A stretch of DNA of 64,000 nt. Source: Alphaproteobacteria bacterium. GTDB lineage: Bacteria > Pseudomonadota > Alphaproteobacteria > Bin95. The notes beneath the pieces were generated by a model. That model made no database searches. It was not told the origin of the DNA and saw only the letters and a program-made list of their open reading frames with translations. How positions within the stretch are numbered: the stretch's first letter is position 1; the number at the start of each line of letters is the position of its first letter. Position numbers and translations under genes: made by a program. This document shows positions 19,950 to 29,045 of this stretch, one piece after another. Where the stretch lies: NCBI GenBank assembly GCA_964291285.2, contig OZ219787.1:2145666-2209665 (forward strand). Direction: 5' to 3'.

Positions 19950-21203
19950 ATGGAGCCTAGAAAACTGACCGCAAGCCTCTTCGACGAGCTCGCCGAAGCC
20001 ACCCATGACGGCGTCGGCATCACCCGGGCGAGCTACGGCGAGGGCGAGGCGTTCGCGCACGGAGCGGTCGCGCGCGCGGCCCGCACCCTCGGCCTCGAAG
20101 TGGAAACGGACCCGGCCTGCAACACCTACATGACCTTGCCGGGCGCCGACCGCGCCGCCCCGCCGGTCGTCATCGGCTCGCATCTCGATTCGGTGGCCGA
20201 GGGCGGCAATTTCGACGGCGCGGCGGGCGTGGTCGCCGGGCTGGCGGCGATCGCCTCGCTGCAGCAAGGCGGGACCGCGCCCGGCCGCGACATCCGCGTC
20301 ATGGGCATCCGCGCCGAGGAGAGCGCCTGGTTCGGCACCTCCTATATCGGCAGCCGGGCCGCACTGGGCGCGCTGCCGCCGGGCGCGACGGAGACCGCGC
20401 GGCGGGCCGACACCGGGCGCACCTTGGCCGAGCACATGCGCGGGGCGGGCGGCGACCCGGACGCGCTCGACCCGCCCTTCCTCGACGCCGCCCGCCTGCA
20501 TGCCTTCCTGGAGGTGCATATCGAGCAGGGCCCGGTGCTGGTCGAGCAGGGCCTGCCGGTCGGCATCGTCACCGGCATACGCGGCAACCGCCGCCTGCCG
20601 GCCGCGCGCTGCCTCGGCGCCTACAGCCATTGCGGCGGCATGCCGAGGCGCTCGCGCCAGGACGCGGTGATGGCCACAATGGACCTGATTGCGTGGCTCG
20701 ACGCGCTCTGGGACGAGCGCGAGGCGGCGGGGGAGGATTTCGCCTTCACCGTCGGCAAGCTCGCCACCGACCCCGACCGCCACGCCATGACCATCGTGCC
20801 GGGCGAATGCCGCTTCTCGCTCGACATGCGCTCGCTGGACGCTGCGTTCCTCGACGATCTGGAAGGCCGGGTCGCGGCGGCGGCGCGGGAGATCGAGGCC
20901 CGCCGGGGCGTCGCCTTCGAGCTGGGCGAACCGACGCGCGCCGCCCCCGGCGTGCTGGACGAGTCCATCCGCGCCGGGCTGCTCGACTGCGCCCGGAGCC
21001 TCGGCGTGCCGCATAACGAGATGGCGAGCGGGGCCAGCCACGACTCGGCCGCCTTCGCCGCGGCCGGGGTGCCGACCGCCATGCTGTTCGTGCGCAATCC
21101 GAACGGCAGCCACAATCCCGACGAGGCGATGGAGCTCGACGACTTCATGGCCGCCGTGAGCATACTCACCCGCTGGCTCGCCACCGAAGGAGCGCGCGCA
21201 TGA
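19950..21203 (+). CDS. Zn-dependent amidohydrolase, N-carbamoylase/allantoate amidohydrolase family
   Basis: GSHLDSV..GGNFDG, AEE, EVHIEQGPVL, SGASHD, GSHNPDE. Confidence 0.9.
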   Translation: MEPRKLTASLFDELAEATHDGVGITRASYGEGEAFAHGAVARAARTLGLEVETDPACNTYMTLPGADRAAPPVVIGSHLDSVAEGGNFDGAAGVVAGLAAIASLQQGGTAPGRDIRVMGIRAEESAWFGTSYIGSRAALGALPPGATETARRADTGRTLAEHMRGAGGDPDALDPPFLDAARLHAFLEVHIEQGPVLVEQGLPVGIVTGIRGNRRLPAARCLGAYSHCGGMPRRSRQDAVMATMDLIAWLDALWDEREAAGEDFAFTVGKLATDPDRHAMTIVPGECRFSLDMRSLDAAFLDDLEGRVAAAAREIEARRGVAFELGEPTRAAPGVLDESIRAGLLDCARSLGVPHNEMASGASHDSAAFAAAGVPTAMLFVRNPNGSHNPDEAMELDDFMAAVSILTRWLATEGARA

Positions 21204-22153
21204 CCCGCATCGCCATTCTCGACGACTACCAGGGCATCGCGCTCTCCATGGCGGACTGGGACAGCCTGCCGGACGGCTGCCAGGTCGAGGTCTTCCACGA
21301 CCATGTGGCGGACCCGGCGGTGGTGGCCGACCGGCTGAGGGACTTCGAGATCGTGTGCATCATGCGCGAGCGCACGCCCTTCCGGCGCGAGCTCATCTCC
21401 CGCCTGCCGAAGCTCAGGCTGCTGGTGACGACGGGCATGCGCAACGCTGCGGTGGATGTGGCGGCGGCGCGCGAGCAGGGCGTCACCGTCTGCGGCACCG
21501 CCGGCAGCGCACACACCACGCCCGAGCTCACCTGGGGCCTGATCCTGGCGCTCCAGCGCCATATCCCCGCCGAGGACCGGGCGATGAAGGCCGGCGCCTG
21601 GCAGACGACCGTCGGGCGCGGGCTCGCGGGCGCCACGCTCGGCCTGCTGGGGCTCGGGCGGCTGGGTTCCGAGGTCGCGCGGGTCGGGCATGTGTTCCGC
21701 ATGAACATCATCGCCTGGAGCCAGAACCTGACGGACGAGCGCACGGCCGGGCACGGCGTCACCCGCGTCGGGAAGGACGAGCTGTTCCGGCAGTCGGACG
21801 TGCTGTCGATCCACACGCTGCTGAGCGGGCGCACGCGGGGGCTGGTCGGCGCGCGCGAGCTCGCCCTGATGAAGCCCTCGGCCGTGCTGGTGAACACCTC
21901 GCGCGGCCCGATCGTGGACGAGGCGGCGCTGGTGGACGCGCTCCGCAACCGCACCATCGCCGGCGCCGGCCTCGACGTGTACGACACCGAGCCGCTGCCC
22001 CGCGGCCACCCGCTCAGGAGCCTCGACAACGCCGTGCTGACGCCGCATCTGGGCTATGTGACGACGGACACCTTCGCGGTCATGTATCCGCAGACGCTCG
22101 AATGCGTGCAGGCCTGGCTGGCCGGGAGCCCGGTGCGCGTCATCTCCGGGTGA
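21200..22153 (+). CDS. D-2-hydroxyacid dehydrogenase family protein
   Basis: IAILDDYQ, MRERTP, GLGRLG, NTSRGPIVDE, TPHLGYV. Confidence 0.92.
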   Translation: MTRIAILDDYQGIALSMADWDSLPDGCQVEVFHDHVADPAVVADRLRDFEIVCIMRERTPFRRELISRLPKLRLLVTTGMRNAAVDVAAAREQGVTVCGTAGSAHTTPELTWGLILALQRHIPAEDRAMKAGAWQTTVGRGLAGATLGLLGLGRLGSEVARVGHVFRMNIIAWSQNLTDERTAGHGVTRVGKDELFRQSDVLSIHTLLSGRTRGLVGARELALMKPSAVLVNTSRGPIVDEAALVDALRNRTIAGAGLDVYDTEPLPRGHPLRSLDNAVLTPHLGYVTTDTFAVMYPQTLECVQAWLAGSPVRVISG

Positions 22154-22257
22154 GGGCAGCGCCGGCATCCGGGCGCAATACGGGGCTTTGAGGGGGAAAA
22201 TCCGGGTCCGGGAGCGCCCCCTCACGGGCGGCGGGATGCGGGGCAGTTCTTTTTTCC

Positions 22258-22287
22258 TTGCTTTTATTCCTGTATGTTCTATATATA
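22258..22287 (+). promoter_or_regulatory. sigma70-like promoter upstream of HTH gene A
   Basis: TTGCTT-N16/17-TATATA/ATATAT in an AT-rich patch. Confidence 0.5.
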
Positions 22288-22442
22288 CCCTCATGGAGCT
22301 TGGAAACGGGCCGGAGGGAGACATGACCTGACGGGTCGGCGGCGTGACGCCGGGCACGATTTTTCCATGAGGGCTGCGGACCGGAAGGGGGGCGGCCGAC
22401 CAACAGGAGAGGTGCGCGCGCCGCATGGCGGAATTGCGGTCG

Positions 22443-22514
22443 GGCTCGAGGAAAACCGGCGGTTTTTTCCCTTCAGGCTCGACCGGCAACGGCGGTTTTT
22501 TTCAATCGGGCTCG
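22443..22514. repeat. 33-bp-period tandem repeats
   Basis: GGCTCG at 22443, 22476, 22509; first two units share GGCTCGA-N7-CGGCGGTTTTTT. Confidence 0.75.
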
Positions 22515-22553
22515 CCCCGTCGCGGCGGCGGAGCCGGAAGCGGAGGAGAAGCG

Positions 22554-22988
22554 ATGACGGATGAATCGACGAGGGCGCGGGCGGCCGCCCTGCCGGCGCC
22601 GAGGAGGGGCAGCCCGGTAGGCGAGGAGCTGCGGGCGCTCGCGGTCGCGGCGGTGCTGCGCGACGGGCAGAGCGTCGCCGAGGCGGCCCGGCGCTTCGGG
22701 CTGGGGGAGACGACGATCCGCGGCTGGATGAAGCGCTTTCGCGAGCGCGGCCATGTGCGGCCTGACTCGATGGGCGGCAGCGTCTCGCGGATCGGGCGCG
22801 CGCGGGAGCGCATCTTCAGCATCCTGGCGGAGCGCCCGGGGCTTTCCCTGACCGGGCTGCGCGATGCGCTCGCCGCCGAGGGCCTCGTGTTCGCGGTCTC
22901 CACGGTGCATCGCTTCCTGAAGCGCCACGGCATCGACCGCAAAACCCGCCCCGCCCGCGGCCGGGGCAAGCGGGGCAGCGGGCGGTAA
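22554..22988 (+). CDS. stand-alone IS630/Tc1-type double-HTH DNA-binding protein, no DDE domain (paralog A)
   Basis: GGAGGAG RBS; ELR..AVAAV..GQSVAEAARRFGLGETTIRGW.KR...G and second helix VSTVHRFLKRHG; stop followed by a hairpin, no catalytic domain downstream. Confidence 0.75.
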   Translation: MTDESTRARAAALPAPRRGSPVGEELRALAVAAVLRDGQSVAEAARRFGLGETTIRGWMKRFRERGHVRPDSMGGSVSRIGRARERIFSILAERPGLSLTGLRDALAAEGLVFAVSTVHRFLKRHGIDRKTRPARGRGKRGSGR

Positions 22989-23090
22989 CGGGCGGCGGGC
23001 TGCTTTTTTGCCGTCGCCCTGCCCCCACCGGCAGGCTCCCCCTCGCAAGCGAAGGAAAGGGGAATTGGGAGGCGCCGCCGGTGACTATGA

Positions 23091-23137
23091 CCCTCTCCCT
23101 CGGGGAGAGGGCTGGGTGAGGGCCGCGCGAAGCGCGG
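23091..23137. repeat. REP-like palindrome
   Basis: CCCTCTCCC-TCG-GGGAGAGGG stem; related copies near 17051 and 51541. Confidence 0.7.
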
Positions 23138-23195
23138 AATGGCGGGGCGGCGCAAAGGGGCTTTCGTGCGTGGCCGCTCTCGCTATGGTCGCGCC

Positions 23196-26100
23196 ATGAG
23201 CGATTCGGACGCGCAGACCGAACGGCAGAAGGACAGTATCGACGCTGCTGAAGTCGATACCTTCATTGAGCGGTGGGAGAAATCCGGCGGCTCGGAATCG
23301 GCGAATTTCCAGATGTTCGCCGGCGAACTCTGCGACCTTCTCGGCCTGCCGAGGCCCGATCCCTCGGAAGAGCGGAACGAATACAACGACTACACCTTCG
23401 AGCGGCGCATCGACTTCAAGCACGACAACGGCACTACCAGTCCGGGATGGATCGACCTCTACCTGCGCGGCTGCTTCGTCATGGAGGCAAAGCAATCCGC
23501 CAAGCAAAGAGCGAAGAAGACCGCCGACCCCCGCCAGACGGACATGCTTCCCGAAGACGCGATGCAGGTGAAGGCCGGCACGGCGACGCGCGGCACGCGC
23601 GGCTGGGACGGGGCGATGCGCGCCGCCAAGCGGCAGGCGGAGGACTATGCCCGCGCCCTGCCGGAGGAGCATGGCTGGCCGCCTTTCGTCCTGGTCGTCG
23701 ATGTCGGGCATGTCTTCGAGGTCTATGCCGATTTCTCCGGCCAGGGGAAAAACTATGCCCAATTCCCGGATCGGGAGGGCTATCGCATTCCGCTCGAAAG
23801 CCTGCGCGACCCGGAGGTCCGCGCCCGGCTCCGCGCGGTCTGGACCGACCCGCACTCGCTCGACCCCGTCCGGCGGAGCGCCGAGGTCACGCGCGAAATC
23901 GCCGAGCGCCTCGCCCGCATCGCCCGCAGCCTGGAGGACCGGGGGCGCCACCCCGAGGAGGTCGCCGAATTCCTGATGCGCTGCCTGTTCACCATGTTCG
24001 CCGAGGATGTCGGCCTGCTGCCGGAAAAGGGTTTCGAGACGCTGCTGGGCGATATGGTCGATACGCCGCAGCATTTCGCGCCGGCGCTGGAGGGCCTGTG
24101 GCAGGTCATGGACGAGGGCGGCTACGCCCCGCACCTGAACGCGACGGTGAGGCGCTTCAACGGCTCGCTCTTTAGCAAACGCACGGCGATTCCGCTGGAG
24201 GCGGACGAAATCGGCGAACTCCGGATCGCCGCCGGGCGCGACTGGCGCCATGTGGAGCCGGCCATTTTCGGCGCTTTGCTGGAACGCGCGCTGGACAAGC
24301 GGGAGCGCGCCAGACTCAATGCCCATTACACGCCGCGCGCCTATGTGGAGCGGCTGGTCGTGCCGACGATCATCGAGCCGCTGCGCGCCGACTGGGAGGC
24401 AGCGCTGGCGGAGGCCCATGCGCTGGACGAGGCGGGGGACCGCAACGCCGCGCTCGAGAGGGTCAAGGAATTCCACCACGCGCTTTGCACGACCCGCGTG
24501 CTGGACCCCGCCTGCGGCACCGGCAATTTCCTCTATGTCTCGCTGGAGTTGATGAAGCGGCTCGAAGGCGAGGCGCTGGATGCGCTGGAGGGGCTGGGCG
24601 AGGACGCGCCGCGCTTCGTCATGGAGGGGGAGACCGTCGGCCCGCGCCAGTTTTACGGGCTGGAGCTCAACCCGCGCGCCGTCGCCATCGCCGATCTGGT
24701 GCTGTGGCTCGGCTACCTGAAATGGCAGCTTCGCACCTTCCCGCCGGACCGGCTCGCCGAGCCCGTGCTGCACGCCTACGGCACGATCCGGGAGCAGGAT
24801 GCGGTTCTGGCCTGGGACAGGCAGGAGCTTCTTTGCGACGAAAAGGGCAGGCCGCTTTCCCGCTGGGACGGCGTGACCGTGAAGCTGCATCCGGTCACCG
24901 GGGAGGAGGTTCCCGACCCGGACGCGCAAGTGGAACTCTACCGCTACGAAAACCCGCGCCCGGCCGAGTGGCCGGAGGCGGAATTCGTCGTCGGCAACCC
25001 GCCCTTCGTCGGCGGCCTGAACATGCGCAGGGAATTGGGCGACGGCTACGCCGAAGCCTGCCGGGAGGCCCGTAAGAAGATTCCCGGCGGCGCGGATTTC
25101 GTCATGCATTTCTGGGACGAGGCCGCGACCCGCCTGCTGCGGAAGCCGAAGAAGGGGCAGCCGAACCCGCTGCGCCGCTTCGGTTTCATCACCACCAATT
25201 CGGTGACGCAGACCTTTTCCCGGCGCGTGATCGAGCGGCATATGGCGGCGAAGGAGCCTCTGGCGCTGGCCTGGGCTGTGCCGGACCATCCATGGCTGAA
25301 GGCAGCAGACAAGGCAGCGGTGCGCATCGCCATGACCGTTGCAGCGCGCGGCGGAAGCGAAGGCCGGCTGGCGACGGTTGAGCGGGAAGACGGGCTCAAC
25401 ACGGATACGCCGCTTGTCGAACTGAAGGAGCGGACCGGAAGGATCGCCGGCAACCTGAAAATCGGCGCGGACATCACGGCGGTCCGGCCACTATTGGCGA
25501 ACGATCTGGTTTCCAGTCCCGGCGTCAAGCTGCATGGCGAAGGCTTCAAAGTTACGCCGCGACAGGCGGAGGCTCTCGGTCTCGGCACGGTGCCGGGACT
25601 TGAAGATTATATCCTGCCCTACCGCAACGGCCAGGACATCGCCGGGCACCCGCGGGGCCTCATGGTGATCGACCTGTACCTGTTGGCGGCGGATGAAGTC
25701 CGTGAGCGGTTCCCGAAAGTTTATCAGCATGTCGTCGATCATGTGAAGCCGGATCGGGACCAGAACAACCGGCAGACCTATCGCGAGAATTGGTGGATTT
25801 TCGGCGAACCCCGTTCCGAATTAAGGCCGGTTCTGGAGCCGCTGAGCCGCTATATCGCAACGGCTGAAACATCGAAGCATCGGTTCTTCCAGTTTCTCAC
25901 TGCGGATATCCGGCCCGATAATCGGTTGATTTGCATCGGAACGTCCAAGTCTTGGTATTTGGCCATTCTTTCTTCCAGAATACACATAATTTGGACCTTG
26001 GCAGTGGGCGGGTTACTCGAGGACCGCCCGATTTATACGAAGAGTTCAACGTTTTCTCCGTTTCCGTTTGCGTTGGAATGTGCAGAAGACCGTTTGAACT

Positions 26101-26807
26101 TACTAGGCGAGCGCCTCGATACCTTCCGCAAGGAGCGGTTTGCCGAGAATGATTTTCTCACCATGACCTCGCTCTACAATGTGCTGGAGCGGGTGCGGGA
26201 GCTTGAGAGCGGTTACGAGGTTCCGGCCCTCACGCCGAAGGAGCGGGACATCCACGAAGCCGGGCTGGTGTCGGTCCTGAAGGAGATCCACGACGACATA
26301 GACCGCGCCGTCTTCGAGGCTTACGGCTGGGCCGACCTCGCGCCCGCGCTGGTCGGCAGGCCGGGCGCCACGATGCCCTCGCCGCACAAGACGCCGCAGC
26401 AGGAGCAGGCGGAGGAGGAATTGCTCGCCCGCCTCGTCGCGCTGAACCGGGAGCGGGCGGAAGAGGAGCAGGGCGGCGCCGTCCGTTGGCTGCGGCCGGA
26501 CTACCAGATACCGAGGCTCGGCCATAAGGCGAAGGGCGCGCAAGTGGAGGCGGACCTTGCCACGCCGGAAGCCGCCGCCGGCAAACCGGCATGGCCGAGG
26601 GAGGAACTGGCCCGCATCCGCGCGCTCCGCGACATGCTGGACCGCGCCGCCGCCCCCGCTAACGCGGAGACATTGAGCGCGGCTTTCAAAGGCAAGGATT
26701 CGCCCCGCCGGCGGAAAGCGGTGGAAAAGGCCCTCGAAACCCTCGCCGCCGCCGGCGCGGCGCAACGGACGGCGGACGGAGAGGGCCGCTATTTCATTCC
26801 CCGGTAG
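23196..26807 (+). CDS. type IIG/IIL (MmeI-like) fused restriction-modification enzyme
   Basis: N-terminal E...IDLYLRGCFVMEAK nuclease motif, HYTPR, LDPACGTGNF (motif I), GNPPF (motif IV), C-terminal TRD. Confidence 0.92.
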   Translation: MSDSDAQTERQKDSIDAAEVDTFIERWEKSGGSESANFQMFAGELCDLLGLPRPDPSEERNEYNDYTFERRIDFKHDNGTTSPGWIDLYLRGCFVMEAKQSAKQRAKKTADPRQTDMLPEDAMQVKAGTATRGTRGWDGAMRAAKRQAEDYARALPEEHGWPPFVLVVDVGHVFEVYADFSGQGKNYAQFPDREGYRIPLESLRDPEVRARLRAVWTDPHSLDPVRRSAEVTREIAERLARIARSLEDRGRHPEEVAEFLMRCLFTMFAEDVGLLPEKGFETLLGDMVDTPQHFAPALEGLWQVMDEGGYAPHLNATVRRFNGSLFSKRTAIPLEADEIGELRIAAGRDWRHVEPAIFGALLERALDKRERARLNAHYTPRAYVERLVVPTIIEPLRADWEAALAEAHALDEAGDRNAALERVKEFHHALCTTRVLDPACGTGNFLYVSLELMKRLEGEALDALEGLGEDAPRFVMEGETVGPRQFYGLELNPRAVAIADLVLWLGYLKWQLRTFPPDRLAEPVLHAYGTIREQDAVLAWDRQELLCDEKGRPLSRWDGVTVKLHPVTGEEVPDPDAQVELYRYENPRPAEWPEAEFVVGNPPFVGGLNMRRELGDGYAEACREARKKIPGGADFVMHFWDEAATRLLRKPKKGQPNPLRRFGFITTNSVTQTFSRRVIERHMAAKEPLALAWAVPDHPWLKAADKAAVRIAMTVAARGGSEGRLATVEREDGLNTDTPLVELKERTGRIAGNLKIGADITAVRPLLANDLVSSPGVKLHGEGFKVTPRQAEALGLGTVPGLEDYILPYRNGQDIAGHPRGLMVIDLYLLAADEVRERFPKVYQHVVDHVKPDRDQNNRQTYRENWWIFGEPRSELRPVLEPLSRYIATAETSKHRFFQFLTADIRPDNRLICIGTSKSWYLAILSSRIHIIWTLAVGGLLEDRPIYTKSSTFSPFPFALECAEDRLNLLGERLDTFRKERFAENDFLTMTSLYNVLERVRELESGYEVPALTPKERDIHEAGLVSVLKEIHDDIDRAVFEAYGWADLAPALVGRPGATMPSPHKTPQQEQAEEELLARLVALNRERAEEEQGGAVRWLRPDYQIPRLGHKAKGAQVEADLATPEAAAGKPAWPREELARIRALRDMLDRAAAPANAETLSAAFKGKDSPRRRKAVEKALETLAAAGAAQRTADGEGRYFIPR

Positions 26808-26897
26808 GGGCGTATCCCGTCCTCCTCGCGCCAAACTCTCTCCAGCTCGTTTCCGCCACCGTCACCGGCCGCGACGACAAGGGCGTGGGGCCGCTAC

Positions 26898-28911
26898 CCC
26901 GACTTCCGCAACTCGGCTTGAGAATCGACTGATTTGACGGTTTTCCGGCGCGAGAAGTGTCGGATTTCGGTGCAGTACCTCTCGGGACCGGCTTGTAGTG
27001 CCGACCTACCCCCTTGATCGGGCTGGCGAAGATCCGGACGCTGCGCTGATGTTCGTGCGCTGCAAGAGACGCTTCAAGGACGGCAAGGAGCACCGCTACT
27101 GGAGCGTTGTGGAGAACGTCCGGGTCCACGGCGGTCGGGTTGTTCAGCGTCAGGTGCTCTATCTCGGGGAGATCAACGACAGCCAGCGAGCGGCGTGGTG
27201 CCGCTCGATCGAGGTGGTGGAGGGCAAGTCGCGATCACGGCAGATGGCGCTGTTTCCCGAGGACCGGGAGGCGCCGGCGCTGACTTGCGAAGTGGTGAAG
27301 ATCGACCTCTCGCAGGTGGCGCTTCACGACCCGCGCCAGTGGGGGGCGTGCTGGCTGGCGCTGTCCTTGTGGGACCGCCTGGACCTGGACCGCTTCTGGG
27401 AAGAGCGGCTGCCGGCGAGCCGGCAAGGCACGCGGTGGCTGGACATCCTGAAGATCCAGGTCTGCTACCGGCTGATCGACCCGGGCAGCGAGTGGCGCCT
27501 TCACCGTCACTGGTATGAGCACAGCGCGCTTCGCGATCTTCTGGGTGGCGAGCGGGCGATCGCCGACGACACACTCTATCGCTGTCTCGACAAGCTGCTG
27601 GCGCACAAGCAGGGCTTCTTCTCGTTTCTGCGCGACCGCTGGGCGACGCTGTTCGAGGCGCGCTTCGACGTGCTGCTCTACGACCTGACCTCGACCTACT
27701 TCGAGAGCGATCCGCCGTTCGATGACAAGCGCCGCTTCGGCTACAGCCGGGACAAGCGGCCCGACTGCGTGCAGGTGGTGATCGCCCTGATCGTTACGCC
27801 GCAGGGCTTTCCGCTGGCCTATGAGGTGATGCCGGGCAACACCTCCGACGACACCACGCTGGCGGCGTTCCTCAAGAAGATCGAGGATCAGTATGGCCGC
27901 TCCGAGCGGGTGTGGATCATGGACCGCGGCATCCCCACCGAGGAGACGCTGGCCGCGATGCGCGAGGGCGAGGCGCCGGTGCGCTACCTGGTGGGCACGC
28001 CCAAGGGCCGGCTGACGCGGCTCGAGAAGGTGTTCCTGGGCCTGCCCTGGCAGGAGGTGCGCCAGTCCGTGACTGTCAAGCTTCTGGTCGAGGATGGCGA
28101 GCTCTACGTCCTGGTGCGCAGCGAGGGGCGGCAGGTGAAGGAACGCGGCATGCGCCGGCGCCGGCTGAAGAGGCTGTGGCGTCGATTGGCCGAGTTGCAA
28201 GGGCAGTCGAACAGCCGGGATCAGTTGTTGCTCAAGCTCGGCGCCGCCAGGAAGGAGGCCGGCCGGGCCTGGAGCCTGGTCGACATCACCGTGCCCGGGA
28301 CCGACAGCGAACTCGCCGCCAACGGCTTCTCATTCCGCCTGCAGCGCGACCGGCTGCGCCAGGTCCGCCGCCGCGAGGGCCGTTACCTGCTGCGATCCAA
28401 CATGGTCGCCGAAGACCCCGCCACGCTGTGGCATCTGTACATGCAGCTCGTCGAGATCGAGCAGGCGTTCAAGGAACTCAAGCACGACCTCGCGATCCGC
28501 CCCATCTTCCATCAGCGCCAAGAGCGCATCGAGGCGCATATCTTCGTCTCGTTCATCGCCTACTGCCTGCTGGTGACCCTGAAGAACCTCGCCCGGCCGC
28601 GCGCCCCGGGCCTCACCCCACGCGCCATCCTTGAGGCCTTCGCCACCATCCAGATGGTGGACGTCCATCTGCCAACCACCGACGGCCGGCACCTCGTCCT
28701 GCCGCGCCACACCCGGCCGAACAAGGAGCACGAGCTACTGCTGCAACAGCTCGGCATGACCTGGCCGCAGCAACCCGCACCCCGGATCTCCGCCTGACGG
28801 CACACGGCGCCGCCTCTCCGTTCGCCGCCTTGTAGTGCCGACCCTCGGGGAGACGATCAAGGCTATTCAATGAGTTAGCATCCTCATGACCCCCGAGTTG
28901 CGGAAGTCGGG
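26898..28911 (+). mobile_element. IS1634-family insertion sequence, copy 1 (2014 bp)
   Basis: 19-bp terminal IRs CCCGACTTCCGCAACTCGG; CTAC duplicated at 26894-26897 and 28912-28915. Confidence 0.93.
27049..28797 (+). CDS. IS1634-family DDE transposase
   Basis: YDLTSTYFE, GYSRDKRPD, MDRGI, IEQAFKELK, RPIFHQ..RIEAHIF. Confidence 0.93.
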   Translation: MFVRCKRRFKDGKEHRYWSVVENVRVHGGRVVQRQVLYLGEINDSQRAAWCRSIEVVEGKSRSRQMALFPEDREAPALTCEVVKIDLSQVALHDPRQWGACWLALSLWDRLDLDRFWEERLPASRQGTRWLDILKIQVCYRLIDPGSEWRLHRHWYEHSALRDLLGGERAIADDTLYRCLDKLLAHKQGFFSFLRDRWATLFEARFDVLLYDLTSTYFESDPPFDDKRRFGYSRDKRPDCVQVVIALIVTPQGFPLAYEVMPGNTSDDTTLAAFLKKIEDQYGRSERVWIMDRGIPTEETLAAMREGEAPVRYLVGTPKGRLTRLEKVFLGLPWQEVRQSVTVKLLVEDGELYVLVRSEGRQVKERGMRRRRLKRLWRRLAELQGQSNSRDQLLLKLGAARKEAGRAWSLVDITVPGTDSELAANGFSFRLQRDRLRQVRRREGRYLLRSNMVAEDPATLWHLYMQLVEIEQAFKELKHDLAIRPIFHQRQERIEAHIFVSFIAYCLLVTLKNLARPRAPGLTPRAILEAFATIQMVDVHLPTTDGRHLVLPRHTRPNKEHELLLQQLGMTWPQQPAPRISA

Positions 28912-28990
28912 CTACCGCTCCCGCGACCTCTGCCTTGCCTGGATGAACGCGCTCGCCGCCGGCGATCCCGATGCGGAGATCGACCTGTAG
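28912..28990 (+). pseudogene. C-terminal remnant of an Eco57I-like type IIG R-M gene, split by the IS
   Basis: Joining across the target duplication gives AWGRYRSRDLCLAWMNALAAGDPDAEIDL*, resembling the tail of large type IIG methylase-nucleases. Confidence 0.55.
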
Positions 28991-29045
28991 GGACACGGCC
29001 CCTGCCGCCGCTATAGTGCCGCCGCCGTAGAGGGGAGGTGTGCGC

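Noticed and set aside
22266-22279. Alphaproteobacterial LexA box in the HTH-A promoter (ATTC-N6-GTTC)
   Set aside because: Spacing and first half-site deviate from GTTC-N7-GTTC
22554-23190. Frameshifted full-length IS630 transposase
   Set aside because: No DDE-like coding sequence follows either HTH ORF; downstream DNA is REP sequence and the R-M gene, or the antitoxin gene
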